Source of the DNA: Spirochaetota bacterium
GTDB taxonomy: Bacteria > Spirochaetota > UBA4802 > JAFGDQ01
Reading direction: 5' to 3'
DNA length: 32,890 nucleotides
Assembly (NCBI GenBank): GCA_043803405.1
Contig: JAZDKB010000031.1
Span: 1 to 32,890, forward strand
Positions 8,746 to 16,770 of the stretch are shown here, one piece after another. The notes beneath the pieces are model-generated. The model saw only the letters and a program-made list of their open reading frames with translations. It did not search any database and had not been told where the DNA came from. The first letter of the stretch is position 1. Each line of letters starts with the position of its first letter. The translations under genes were made by a program, and so were the position numbers.

Positions 8746-10668
8746 TTACCTTTTAAGCAAAACCAGGCATTTCCTGATATTCATCCTGGCTTTTTCATTA
8801 TTCGGATCAATCGCAAGCACCTTTCTCCATTCTCCGATAGCTTCATCAAATTTATTATTAAAATAAAAATTAATCCCTTTATAATAATATGTCCTTATCA
8901 GTTTTTCCTGTTTTTCATTTAATTTCTGCGCAACTGCAGGCTCACCTGCGCCTACCCTTAATTGCGATTCGATTTTATTAATATATATAAGCGCACCTGT
9001 ATTATCCGGATCATTAACATTAACCCACTTAAATTGCTGAAGCGCCAGCTTCATATTATTTTCCCCGCCTTTACGGTAATAGTCAATGCCGAGCTTTATC
9101 CTTTTGTCGATTTCACCCGCAGGTACATTTATATTGGCAGCGGGTTTTGTTGCAAGCCCTGCCCTGGCAGTCTTTATAAGGGCATCTATTCCCGGATAGT
9201 TGGCCTGCACGGATTTAATCATCTCAAATCTCTGTAAAGCCATCCTGTAATTTTTATCCGCCATAAGCGCGCGGCCTTCGGTCAAATATCTTTCGGTGAA
9301 GACCTTAAAAGCCTGCGGATTAATATTTATATTGCATTTCAATAAATATTCCGTTGCAATTCTGTTTTTCGGAAAAAGATCCAGTATTTTTTCCCATCTT
9401 CTTCTTGATTCGGAATATTCGCCTTTATCGTACAGAACTTTACCTGAGACAATAAGCGAGTTCACAAGACTGTAATACATTGAATCTTCGGTTACCATTT
9501 CTTCTTCGATCTGATCCTGAGCTTCCTTGGCAGTCTGAATATATCTTTTCGCAAGATCGTTTTTCGGATCCAGCTCAAGCACAGTCTCAAATGAAGCTAT
9601 AGCGTCTTTATATTTCATTTCATTTAAAGATATCAGCCCTTTCTCAAACTGGATATCTATTTTCTTCAGCTTGGCTACCCTTTGCTGCTCATCGTATTCT
9701 TTTTTTAACCTGTCGATACCCTGCAGTCTCGCGGCAGTATCCTTGTAATTTTCAATTAAAGAAAGAACGTTCTGAAAATCCTCTTTTGCCCTGTCAAAAT
9801 TTTTCTTTTTGATATTATCTATTCCGCTGACATACAACTGCTCTGTCTGTATTCTAACCTGTTCATAATTTCTTCTTTCTTCCAGTACATCGTTGATCTT
9901 TTCCAGATATGATTTGGCTTCCCTGTTTTCAGGGTCTATTGTTAATACCTGCTTTAATTCCAGTTCAGATTCCTGGTATTTTTTTCCGTTAAATAGTGCA
10001 ATAGCCGATTCCAGTAAAGCCAGAAGCCTTTCATATTTTAATCTGTTTTCTATTGCCAGTTCAGACTGTCTTTTACCTTCTCTCGATGTTGCATCCAAAG
10101 GCACAATAACCAATAGCTCTTTCCAGATTTTTAAAGCATCTTCGTATTCTTTCAGGCGCATTTTTTCCCGTGCAATGGGAAGAAGAGTATAATATTGCTT
10201 CTGCATTGCCGATGAAAGCCTTCCTTTTCTGTTTTCAACATCGAGCACTTTTTTAAATTCCTGAACTTCATCCTTCAATGTCTGAAGTTCCGTATCCTTA
10301 GGATCAATACGGAAAGCAATGACCAGGTTATTCCAGAGCAGGTTATACCGCTTATTGGTTTCTTTAAGATCACTATCTAGCGATCTTTTTGCCAGTCTTA
10401 ACTGGATTTTTGCGACTTGCACGGACATATCTTTTGAGTGTTTCTCATCGTATACGGATTCAATTTTTTTCTGGATTTCTTCGTTTTTCGGATCAATTTC
10501 GAGTATGCTCAGCCATTCGGAAATAGCTCTATTAAAGTCCTTTTCTTTGTAATATTTCTCAGCTCTTTCATCGATCTCATGAACGGATTCCGAGCGTAAT
10601 TCGCCCTCCGGAATTATTAAAAATATAAAAAGTATTATGATAAAAATTCTTTTAACAATCTGATTCAT
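8746..10668 (-). CDS. Exported tetratricopeptide-repeat protein
   Basis: Signal-like N-terminus; repeated TPR units (AISEWLSILEIDPKN, AIASFETVLELDPKN, AIGEWRKVLAIDPNN); ATGA overlap with upstream gene. Confidence 0.88.
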   Translation of the reverse strand: MNQIVKRIFIIILFIFLIIPEGELRSESVHEIDERAEKYYKEKDFNRAISEWLSILEIDPKNEEIQKKIESVYDEKHSKDMSVQVAKIQLRLAKRSLDSDLKETNKRYNLLWNNLVIAFRIDPKDTELQTLKDEVQEFKKVLDVENRKGRLSSAMQKQYYTLLPIAREKMRLKEYEDALKIWKELLVIVPLDATSREGKRQSELAIENRLKYERLLALLESAIALFNGKKYQESELELKQVLTIDPENREAKSYLEKINDVLEERRNYEQVRIQTEQLYVSGIDNIKKKNFDRAKEDFQNVLSLIENYKDTAARLQGIDRLKKEYDEQQRVAKLKKIDIQFEKGLISLNEMKYKDAIASFETVLELDPKNDLAKRYIQTAKEAQDQIEEEMVTEDSMYYSLVNSLIVSGKVLYDKGEYSESRRRWEKILDLFPKNRIATEYLLKCNININPQAFKVFTERYLTEGRALMADKNYRMALQRFEMIKSVQANYPGIDALIKTARAGLATKPAANINVPAGEIDKRIKLGIDYYRKGGENNMKLALQQFKWVNVNDPDNTGALIYINKIESQLRVGAGEPAVAQKLNEKQEKLIRTYYYKGINFYFNNKFDEAIGEWRKVLAIDPNNEKARMNIRKCLVLLKR

Positions 10669-11111
10669 TTATTGACCCGCATAATAGTCCTGTTCCAGAT
10701 AAGCCAGCCGTCTTTACCTTTTTTCCCGTCCAGATATTTAATAAACATAATATCCCCTCTCACATTCTGAAAAGACGTGCCCTTTCCTCTTTTTACAACA
10801 GTCCCATCAAATACCAGCGTTCTATGAATATATTCGTTCCCGCTAAAATCCTTTTGAATATCACTTTTATCCGGCTCTTCAAGTTCCACAACCTTTAAAT
10901 CCGCATAATAATCATCCCTGAACATTTCTCTGAATACTACCTCGCTTTTCGGGTTCGCTTCACATCTGGAATAATTATGATAATCGTTTTGCTCTATTGC
11001 CTTTGCCCATCTTTGCAAAACTATTTCCGGTTCAGTAATTATTTTCTGTTTTTTACATGAAAGGCCGGCCATTACGGCAAATACTGCCAATAGAGCAATA
11101 AATTTCTTCAC
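10665..11111 (-). CDS. Lipoprotein of unknown function (possibly NTF2-like)
   Basis: GTG start with AGGAG RBS; MKKFIALLAVFAVMAGLS-C lipobox. Confidence 0.8.
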   Translation of the reverse strand: MKKFIALLAVFAVMAGLSCKKQKIITEPEIVLQRWAKAIEQNDYHNYSRCEANPKSEVVFREMFRDDYYADLKVVELEEPDKSDIQKDFSGNEYIHRTLVFDGTVVKRGKGTSFQNVRGDIMFIKYLDGKKGKDGWLIWNRTIMRVNK

Positions 11112-11128
11112 AGAGACTCTCCTTTAAA

Positions 11129-11701
11129 TTATATCAGCCCGAGTTCCTTTTCACTGAATACCTGGGCGGAAAACTTTTCTATTACAGTATCTTTCCATTT
11201 CCACGCATCGCCGGCAAGCCCTGCCTTATAACACGTGTGCTCAAGGAAGCGCGGCAGATCCCAGTTATTTTCGGTTGCCACCTGCGGCAGAAGCAGTCCC
11301 TGTCTCCCGCTGTTTGAAATTATAAGGCCGTCGCGGCCTACAACGATATCCGAAACTACCTTTACTTTTTCAATAGGAGACAGCACAGATATCTCTATAT
11401 CGATTTTTTCATATTCGGACTGGCTGAGCGGCATAAATCGCGGATCACGGAATGCGGATGCTTTTGCCATATCAATAACAGTGTCCGGTATCGGCTTAAT
11501 GCCTTCAATGTACCCAATGCATCCCCTCAGCGCTCCCCTGATATGAAGCGTTACGAAGGCTCCGCATTTGGTTTTGAATATACTATCAGCAAATTCATTA
11601 AAGCCTGCTGTATCGAATTTATCTTTATATAATGCTTCATATATGGTTTTTCTTGCTAATTTAAGAAGTTTGATTTTCTGTTCCCTGGTAAGCTCCTGCA
11701 T
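11129..11701 (-). CDS. amrA: AmmeMemoRadiSam system protein A (AMMECR1 family)
   Basis: GAFVTL, LRGCIG, SAFRDPRF, EISVLS, GLLLPQV, KAG motifs. Confidence 0.95.
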   Translation of the reverse strand: MQELTREQKIKLLKLARKTIYEALYKDKFDTAGFNEFADSIFKTKCGAFVTLHIRGALRGCIGYIEGIKPIPDTVIDMAKASAFRDPRFMPLSQSEYEKIDIEISVLSPIEKVKVVSDIVVGRDGLIISNSGRQGLLLPQVATENNWDLPRFLEHTCYKAGLAGDAWKWKDTVIEKFSAQVFSEKELGLI

Positions 11702-11711
11702 GATGCCTCCT

Positions 11712-12533
11712 CTATTTTACGATTGCGGCAGCAACATAGCCGACAACGTTGTCCTTGCTTCCTGCCGTGTCCCCGGAGTTCGCATAATGCAGAATATCTA
11801 CCTTGCCTGCACCAAGCTTTTTACACAGCATAAGGCCTGCAAGCACAGGCCCATGTCCGCATGCTTCTGCTTTATTCATGGCTACAACATCATCCAGTTT
11901 ATTTTCATCAACAGTCATCAGTGCATTTATATATGCTCTGTCAATACTCACGGCAGAATCGTAAGGATAATAATGAGAAAGGTCGGTAGAAATTATTACG
12001 ACCAACTTTTCTTTCCCGTTCTTTAAAACATTATATAATTCATCAGCAATGGCTCTGCAGGAATTATGATCGTAACTGCCGATTATAATAGGCACAAGTT
12101 TGAATTCTTTAAGCACGCGCTGCAGAAAAGGTACCTGCACTTCCAGCGAATGTTCAAGGCTGTGCGCCTCTTTAATAAAAGAAAAATGATTCTCGTTTAA
12201 TAAAGCCTGTCCAATCCTTTCATCAATCTCGACTTTGCCGAGAGGAGTTTCAAATATACCGGCATCGATAACTGAGGCCCCGTCGAACCTCGCTCTGTGA
12301 GACGGAGCCAGGACTACCGCCAGCTTAACATCCGACCCGGTCAATTGTTTATAGGAATACGCGGCAACCGGTCCTGAATAGACATAGCCCGCATGAGGGG
12401 ATATCAGCCCCAGAAGCTCGCCATCGAGTTTCTTCCTGTCGGCATTGCCAAGATATGTGTCGATATCTCTTTTCAATTGTTCAGGATTTGACGGATAAAA
12501 CGAACCTGCTACAACCGGTTTTCTATGCCACAT
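11712..12533 (-). CDS. amrB: AmmeMemoRadiSam system protein B (MEMO1 family)
   Basis: RKPVVAGSFYP, PHAGYVYSG, EHSLEVQVPFLQ, STDLSHY, ACG, YANSGD, VVGY motifs. Confidence 0.95.
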   Translation of the reverse strand: MWHRKPVVAGSFYPSNPEQLKRDIDTYLGNADRKKLDGELLGLISPHAGYVYSGPVAAYSYKQLTGSDVKLAVVLAPSHRARFDGASVIDAGIFETPLGKVEIDERIGQALLNENHFSFIKEAHSLEHSLEVQVPFLQRVLKEFKLVPIIIGSYDHNSCRAIADELYNVLKNGKEKLVVIISTDLSHYYPYDSAVSIDRAYINALMTVDENKLDDVVAMNKAEACGHGPVLAGLMLCKKLGAGKVDILHYANSGDTAGSKDNVVGYVAAAIVK

Positions 12534-12640
12534 AAGAATCCTCCTTATGCTTTATTGTATTTACGGATAAGAAAAAAAGCATGAAAGATAATAAATAAAT
12601 TGATTATGCCAAAAACAAATCATCACTTAAGTTATTTAAA

Positions 12641-12669
12641 AAAATAATAATAAAAAATGCTATTGTCAA
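12641..12669 (-). promoter_or_regulatory. sigma70-type promoter for the amrB operon
   Basis: Minus strand TTGACA (12669-12664), 17 bp, TATTTT (12646-12641); a divergent TTGACA at 12751-12756 faces the UPF0182 gene. Confidence 0.5.
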
Positions 12670-12853
12670 TACAATTTATAAGCAATTTATAAGCGCGCTG
12701 ACTGCAGAAGAGAGATTTTAATATAATTTAATATTTAACTAAAAGAATTATTGACAAGTAACAAGTGAGAATAATAAATCTATATCCTAAGCGCACAATT
12801 GATAATGAAATTATTTATTTATAAACTAATAATTCCTTCACAGAGGTTTATTC

Positions 12854-15568
12854 ATGAACAAAAAATTCGTATGGTTTCTCGGAATCTTTATAATTTTATA
12901 CTTTATAATGCAGATAATATCCGGCTTTTACCTGGATTATGAATGGTTCAAAATCCATAACGGCCTTAATATTTTTTCCACTCTCATCTTCACCAAATTT
13001 AATGTTACTGTTCTATTCGCAATTATTTTTATTATATTATTCTTTTTAAACTTTCTGCTGATAAGGATACTTGGAGGAGACGGCCGCCTTTTTACAGATA
13101 ACCTGCTGGATAAGATCACGCTTCCAGGTTTCGGCTCAACCAGGAAAGCAGTATATATTTTAATGGCTGCTGGCATAATTGTGCTTGGGTTCATAATGGG
13201 CGCAGGCGCTGGAGCATACTGGAAAGAATACCTGATATATTTTAATTCTGTTCCGTTCACAGGATTTCCTGCTGATCCCATTTTTAATAAAGATATAGGA
13301 TTCTATATATTTCAGCTTCCTTATTATGAGTTTCTGTATGGATGGCTGATGACCTCTCTTGTAATTATAACAATATTTTCCGCTTTCTTCCATATCGTAA
13401 ACGGCGGAATAACATTTCGGATCAAACCCGAATTTTCTTTATTCTCAAGAGTGCATCTTTCCATACTGCTTTCTTTAATTGTTCTGCTGTTTGGTTTAAG
13501 CTACAGGATATCCGCATACGGCATCTTATTTTCGCAGAGAGGAAAGTTTTACGGAGCAGGTTACACTGCCGTAAACGCCGAGCTCATGGCGTATAACGTA
13601 TGCATGATAATTTCTTTCATTGCTGCCGGGCTACTCCTGTTTAATATATTCAAAAAAAGTTTCAGACTGCCTTTGCTGGTGCTCATTACGCTTATCCCCG
13701 CTTACTTTATTCTTGGTACTATATACCCTGCCATTCAGCAGAGATTCTTTGTTGTGCCTAACGAACTTGAAATGGAAAGGCAGTATATATCGAATAATAT
13801 TAAATTTACCAGGCAGGCATACGGGCTTGAGAAGCTGGATTCGAAGCAGTTCGCAAACAACTCGAATATCACGTTCAGGGATATTGCAAAGAATAAGAAC
13901 ACTCTTAACAGTATAAGAGTGTGGGACTGGCGTCCTTTAAAACAGACATACAAGCAACTTCAGGAACTGAAGCCGTATTACCAGTTTAACGATGTCGATG
14001 TGGACAGGTACACAATAAAGGGTGATAAGATAGCTGTTAATCTTTCCGCCAGAGAGCTTGCAATAGATAAACTTTCAAAGAACAGCCAGACATGGCTGAA
14101 CAGCCACCTGATCTATACTCACGGTTACGGCGTTGCACTCAGCAGGGTTGACAGGGCCACTCCCGAAGGCCTGCCGGAAATGCTTGTTTACGATATTCCG
14201 CCTAAAATGAATATTCCTATTGAGATAAAAGAACCGCGCATCTATTACGGAGAGCACGACAATCCTTATGTAATAACAAATACGAATATCAGTCCGGGTG
14301 AATTCGATTACCCCTACGGCGACCAGAATAAATACACGCAGTATAAAGGCAGCGGCGGAACAGCGCTTGATACATTCATGAAAAGACTTCTGTTTTCAAT
14401 ATCTTTCAAAGATATGAATATTCTGATCTCGAGCAACATTAAAAACGACAGCAGAATATTATTCCTGCAGAATATTAAAGAAATGGTCAACAAGATGGCT
14501 CCGTTCCTGAGTTTCGATAGTGATCCCTATCTTGTAATTGCGGACGGAAGGCTTTTCTGGTTTATTGACGCTTATACCACAAGCGACAAATACCCGTATT
14601 CCACACCTATACGTACTTCTGACGGTACAATAAACTATGTAAGGAATTCGGTTAAAGTCGTAATTGATGCGTATAATGGTTCCATGAACTTTTATGTAGC
14701 GGATAACAATGATCCTTTAATAAAAACATATTCAAATATATTCAAGGGACTGTTTAAAAATATGTCCGAGATGCCTGCTTACCTTGCTTCCCACATAAGA
14801 TACCCTGAATATCTCTTTAACGTACAGTCTCATATACTGCTGAGATATCACATGACAGATATAAACGTTTTTTATAATAATGAAGATACGTGGGACATTC
14901 CAAAGCAGGTTTATGAAGGCAAAGCCGAACCCATTCAAAGCTATTATCTTGTCACTACACTGCCGGGCGAGAAAAGAAGCGAGTTTATTCTGATTCGGCC
15001 GTTCACTCCGATAAATAAAGACAACATGATAGCTTTTCTTGTGGCGAAATGCGATCCCCCGTATTACGGAAATATGACGCTCTTTACGCTTCCGAAAGAA
15101 AAACTGAGCTACGGCCCTGTGCAGATCGAAGCAAGGATAGACCAGGACCCGGAGATATCAAAGCTGCTGACTCTGTGGACGCAGAAAGGATCGGGCGTAA
15201 TAAGGGGAAACATGCTTGTTATACCTGTTGAGGAATCGCTTTTATTTATCGAACCTTTGTATCTGAAAGCAGAGAAAAGCGAAATACCTGAGCTTAAACG
15301 GGTGATTGTTTCTTTTGCAGACAAAATTATTATGGAAGAGAATTTAAATACTGCTCTTGAAAGACTGTTCCTTCATGGAAGATATATAAACGAGTCGTTC
15401 AGTTCGGATAAAGATGCTGAAGCAAAGATTAAAGATTATGCGAGTAAGGCTTACATGTATTTTTTACGCGCTGAAGAGCATCAGAAGAACGGAAACTGGG
15501 CCGGTTACGGAGAAGAGATAAATCATCTTAGAGAAGTTCTTAAAATAATGAAGAGCATTCAGAAGTAA
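12854..15568 (+). CDS. UPF0182 family integral membrane protein
   Basis: 904 aa; several N-terminal TMs; DPIFNKDIGFYIFQLP, DVDVDRY, HLIYTHGYG, PRIYYGE, NYVRNSVKVVIDAYNG, HIRYPEYLF, GPVQIEARIDQDPEIS motifs. Confidence 0.93.
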   Translation: MNKKFVWFLGIFIILYFIMQIISGFYLDYEWFKIHNGLNIFSTLIFTKFNVTVLFAIIFIILFFLNFLLIRILGGDGRLFTDNLLDKITLPGFGSTRKAVYILMAAGIIVLGFIMGAGAGAYWKEYLIYFNSVPFTGFPADPIFNKDIGFYIFQLPYYEFLYGWLMTSLVIITIFSAFFHIVNGGITFRIKPEFSLFSRVHLSILLSLIVLLFGLSYRISAYGILFSQRGKFYGAGYTAVNAELMAYNVCMIISFIAAGLLLFNIFKKSFRLPLLVLITLIPAYFILGTIYPAIQQRFFVVPNELEMERQYISNNIKFTRQAYGLEKLDSKQFANNSNITFRDIAKNKNTLNSIRVWDWRPLKQTYKQLQELKPYYQFNDVDVDRYTIKGDKIAVNLSARELAIDKLSKNSQTWLNSHLIYTHGYGVALSRVDRATPEGLPEMLVYDIPPKMNIPIEIKEPRIYYGEHDNPYVITNTNISPGEFDYPYGDQNKYTQYKGSGGTALDTFMKRLLFSISFKDMNILISSNIKNDSRILFLQNIKEMVNKMAPFLSFDSDPYLVIADGRLFWFIDAYTTSDKYPYSTPIRTSDGTINYVRNSVKVVIDAYNGSMNFYVADNNDPLIKTYSNIFKGLFKNMSEMPAYLASHIRYPEYLFNVQSHILLRYHMTDINVFYNNEDTWDIPKQVYEGKAEPIQSYYLVTTLPGEKRSEFILIRPFTPINKDNMIAFLVAKCDPPYYGNMTLFTLPKEKLSYGPVQIEARIDQDPEISKLLTLWTQKGSGVIRGNMLVIPVEESLLFIEPLYLKAEKSEIPELKRVIVSFADKIIMEENLNTALERLFLHGRYINESFSSDKDAEAKIKDYASKAYMYFLRAEEHQKNGNWAGYGEEINHLREVLKIMKSIQK

Positions 15569-15584
15569 TTTATAGTTACCTCTA

Positions 15585-15755
15585 CTAATTAAATATTCGT
15601 GTCTGTTTTCTGTCTGAGCTTTTTCGTAGAGAGCGGATGTCCGTATATGCAGAGCGGAAGCCTATTCGAACAGCGCGGATGTCTATATATTCATGGCAGA
15701 CATTCATACTGTCAGTGCGGATACTTATCCGGACAATGCAGATGCTTTTATGCAT
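15585..15755 (-). CDS. Possible 56-aa heptad-repeat ORF across the 21-bp array
   Basis: MHKSICIVRISIRTDSMNVCHEYIDIRAVRIGFRSAYTDIRSLRKSSDRKQTRIFN*; same strand as upstream islet genes, but no clear RBS. Confidence 0.2.
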   Translation of the reverse strand: MHKSICIVRISIRTDSMNVCHEYIDIRAVRIGFRSAYTDIRSLRKSSDRKQTRIFN

Positions 15756-15776
15756 AGCACGGATCTAAGTGTATAG
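15630..15776. repeat. Degenerate 21-bp tandem repeat array (7 units)
   Basis: Units start at 15630, 15651, 15672, 15693, 15714, 15735, 15756 with AGAGCGGAT, AGAGCGGAA, AGCGCGGAT, ATGGCAGAC, AGTGCGGAT, AATGCAGAT, AGCACGGAT, each followed by 12 variable bp. Confidence 0.75.
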
Positions 15777-15832
15777 TAAGGAAGACTGTTTACCGGAAAC
15801 GGTATCTTATTTAAATTAAGTGATCCGAATGC

Positions 15833-16144
15833 TTAGTCGGGCGAATCCCCAAAGTACGCGCGGTGGGCAGCACAGTCGCATGTTTTATCCCATGGTGTTG
15901 AGCATTTGCGGATAAGTCTCACTCTTTTATCGCCCTCTTCTTTTGAAAGCGGCCCATGTGCAGAGGAATCGCCTTCTCCTAGAAATTTATCATAGTAAAC
16001 CATTTTTGTATACAAGCTGCAGCTTTTACAGAAATAGTATGAATCTGTATACTCATCTCCCATAATGCTGCCAGAAATAGATACAGGCTCAACCTTTGTA
16101 TCATTATCATCAAAATCTCTTCCGCATTTAAGGCATGGCGTCAC
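15833..16144 (-). CDS. Small Cys/His-rich hypothetical protein, probable metal binder
   Basis: C4xxC7, C39xxC42, C81-x7-C89-x-C91-x2-H94; GTGA overlap with upstream gene. Confidence 0.75.
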   Translation of the reverse strand: MTPCLKCGRDFDDNDTKVEPVSISGSIMGDEYTDSYYFCKSCSLYTKMVYYDKFLGEGDSSAHGPLSKEEGDKRVRLIRKCSTPWDKTCDCAAHRAYFGDSPD

Positions 16145-16692
16145 TGGATTTTATCCTGAAATATTTTTAAAAAGAACAGTACAATGCTCCCGATGACAAA
16201 TACGGCAGATATAACAATGCCTATTACATACAGCATGCTGAGTGCAAAATGAGGACATGTGAACACCAAACTGTATTTTCCGCGGGATATTTTTATATCT
16301 TCCTTGTCAAGGCCGATGATTTGAAACACATGGCGTCCGGGATGCGTTATTTTATATGACTTGAGTTCATGATTTGTCTTTGTGAAACCTGATGATCTTG
16401 TCCTGAAAATTACTATATGGCCCTCCACTTCTTTTCCGTACGGATCCGTAAGCCTGTACTTGAGTTCGCTGTGGCGCGATGTGAACAGAGGACCTTCCAG
16501 AGACAGAACGACTTTGCCAGCTTCGGAAAACTCGACTTCCTGACTGCTTACAAGAGGTAGTCTGAAAAGCACAGACTGCCTGGATGTAACAACCACGCCT
16601 CTTATGCAAAGTACAAGCATCGTGGTAAATAGAATAAATCCAACGACTGAAACCGGTATACCGTATTTAAAAATAAAAGATAGAACATTCAT
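16141..16692 (-). CDS. Hypothetical membrane protein (TM, beta-rich domain, TM)
   Basis: 183 aa, hydrophobic N- and C-terminal helices, GAGGT RBS. Confidence 0.75.
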   Translation of the reverse strand: MNVLSFIFKYGIPVSVVGFILFTTMLVLCIRGVVVTSRQSVLFRLPLVSSQEVEFSEAGKVVLSLEGPLFTSRHSELKYRLTDPYGKEVEGHIVIFRTRSSGFTKTNHELKSYKITHPGRHVFQIIGLDKEDIKISRGKYSLVFTCPHFALSMLYVIGIVISAVFVIGSIVLFFLKIFQDKIQ

Positions 16693-16770
16693 GTTACCTC
16701 TAAATAAGTAGTTCCTAAGAGTTACTTTTTATAATAATTTGAGGCAGATATTAGATGAAAGTCAGAATAA

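Noticed and set aside
15630..15776. CRISPR array
   Set aside because: 21-bp period, conserved part only ~9 bp and degenerate, no cas genes
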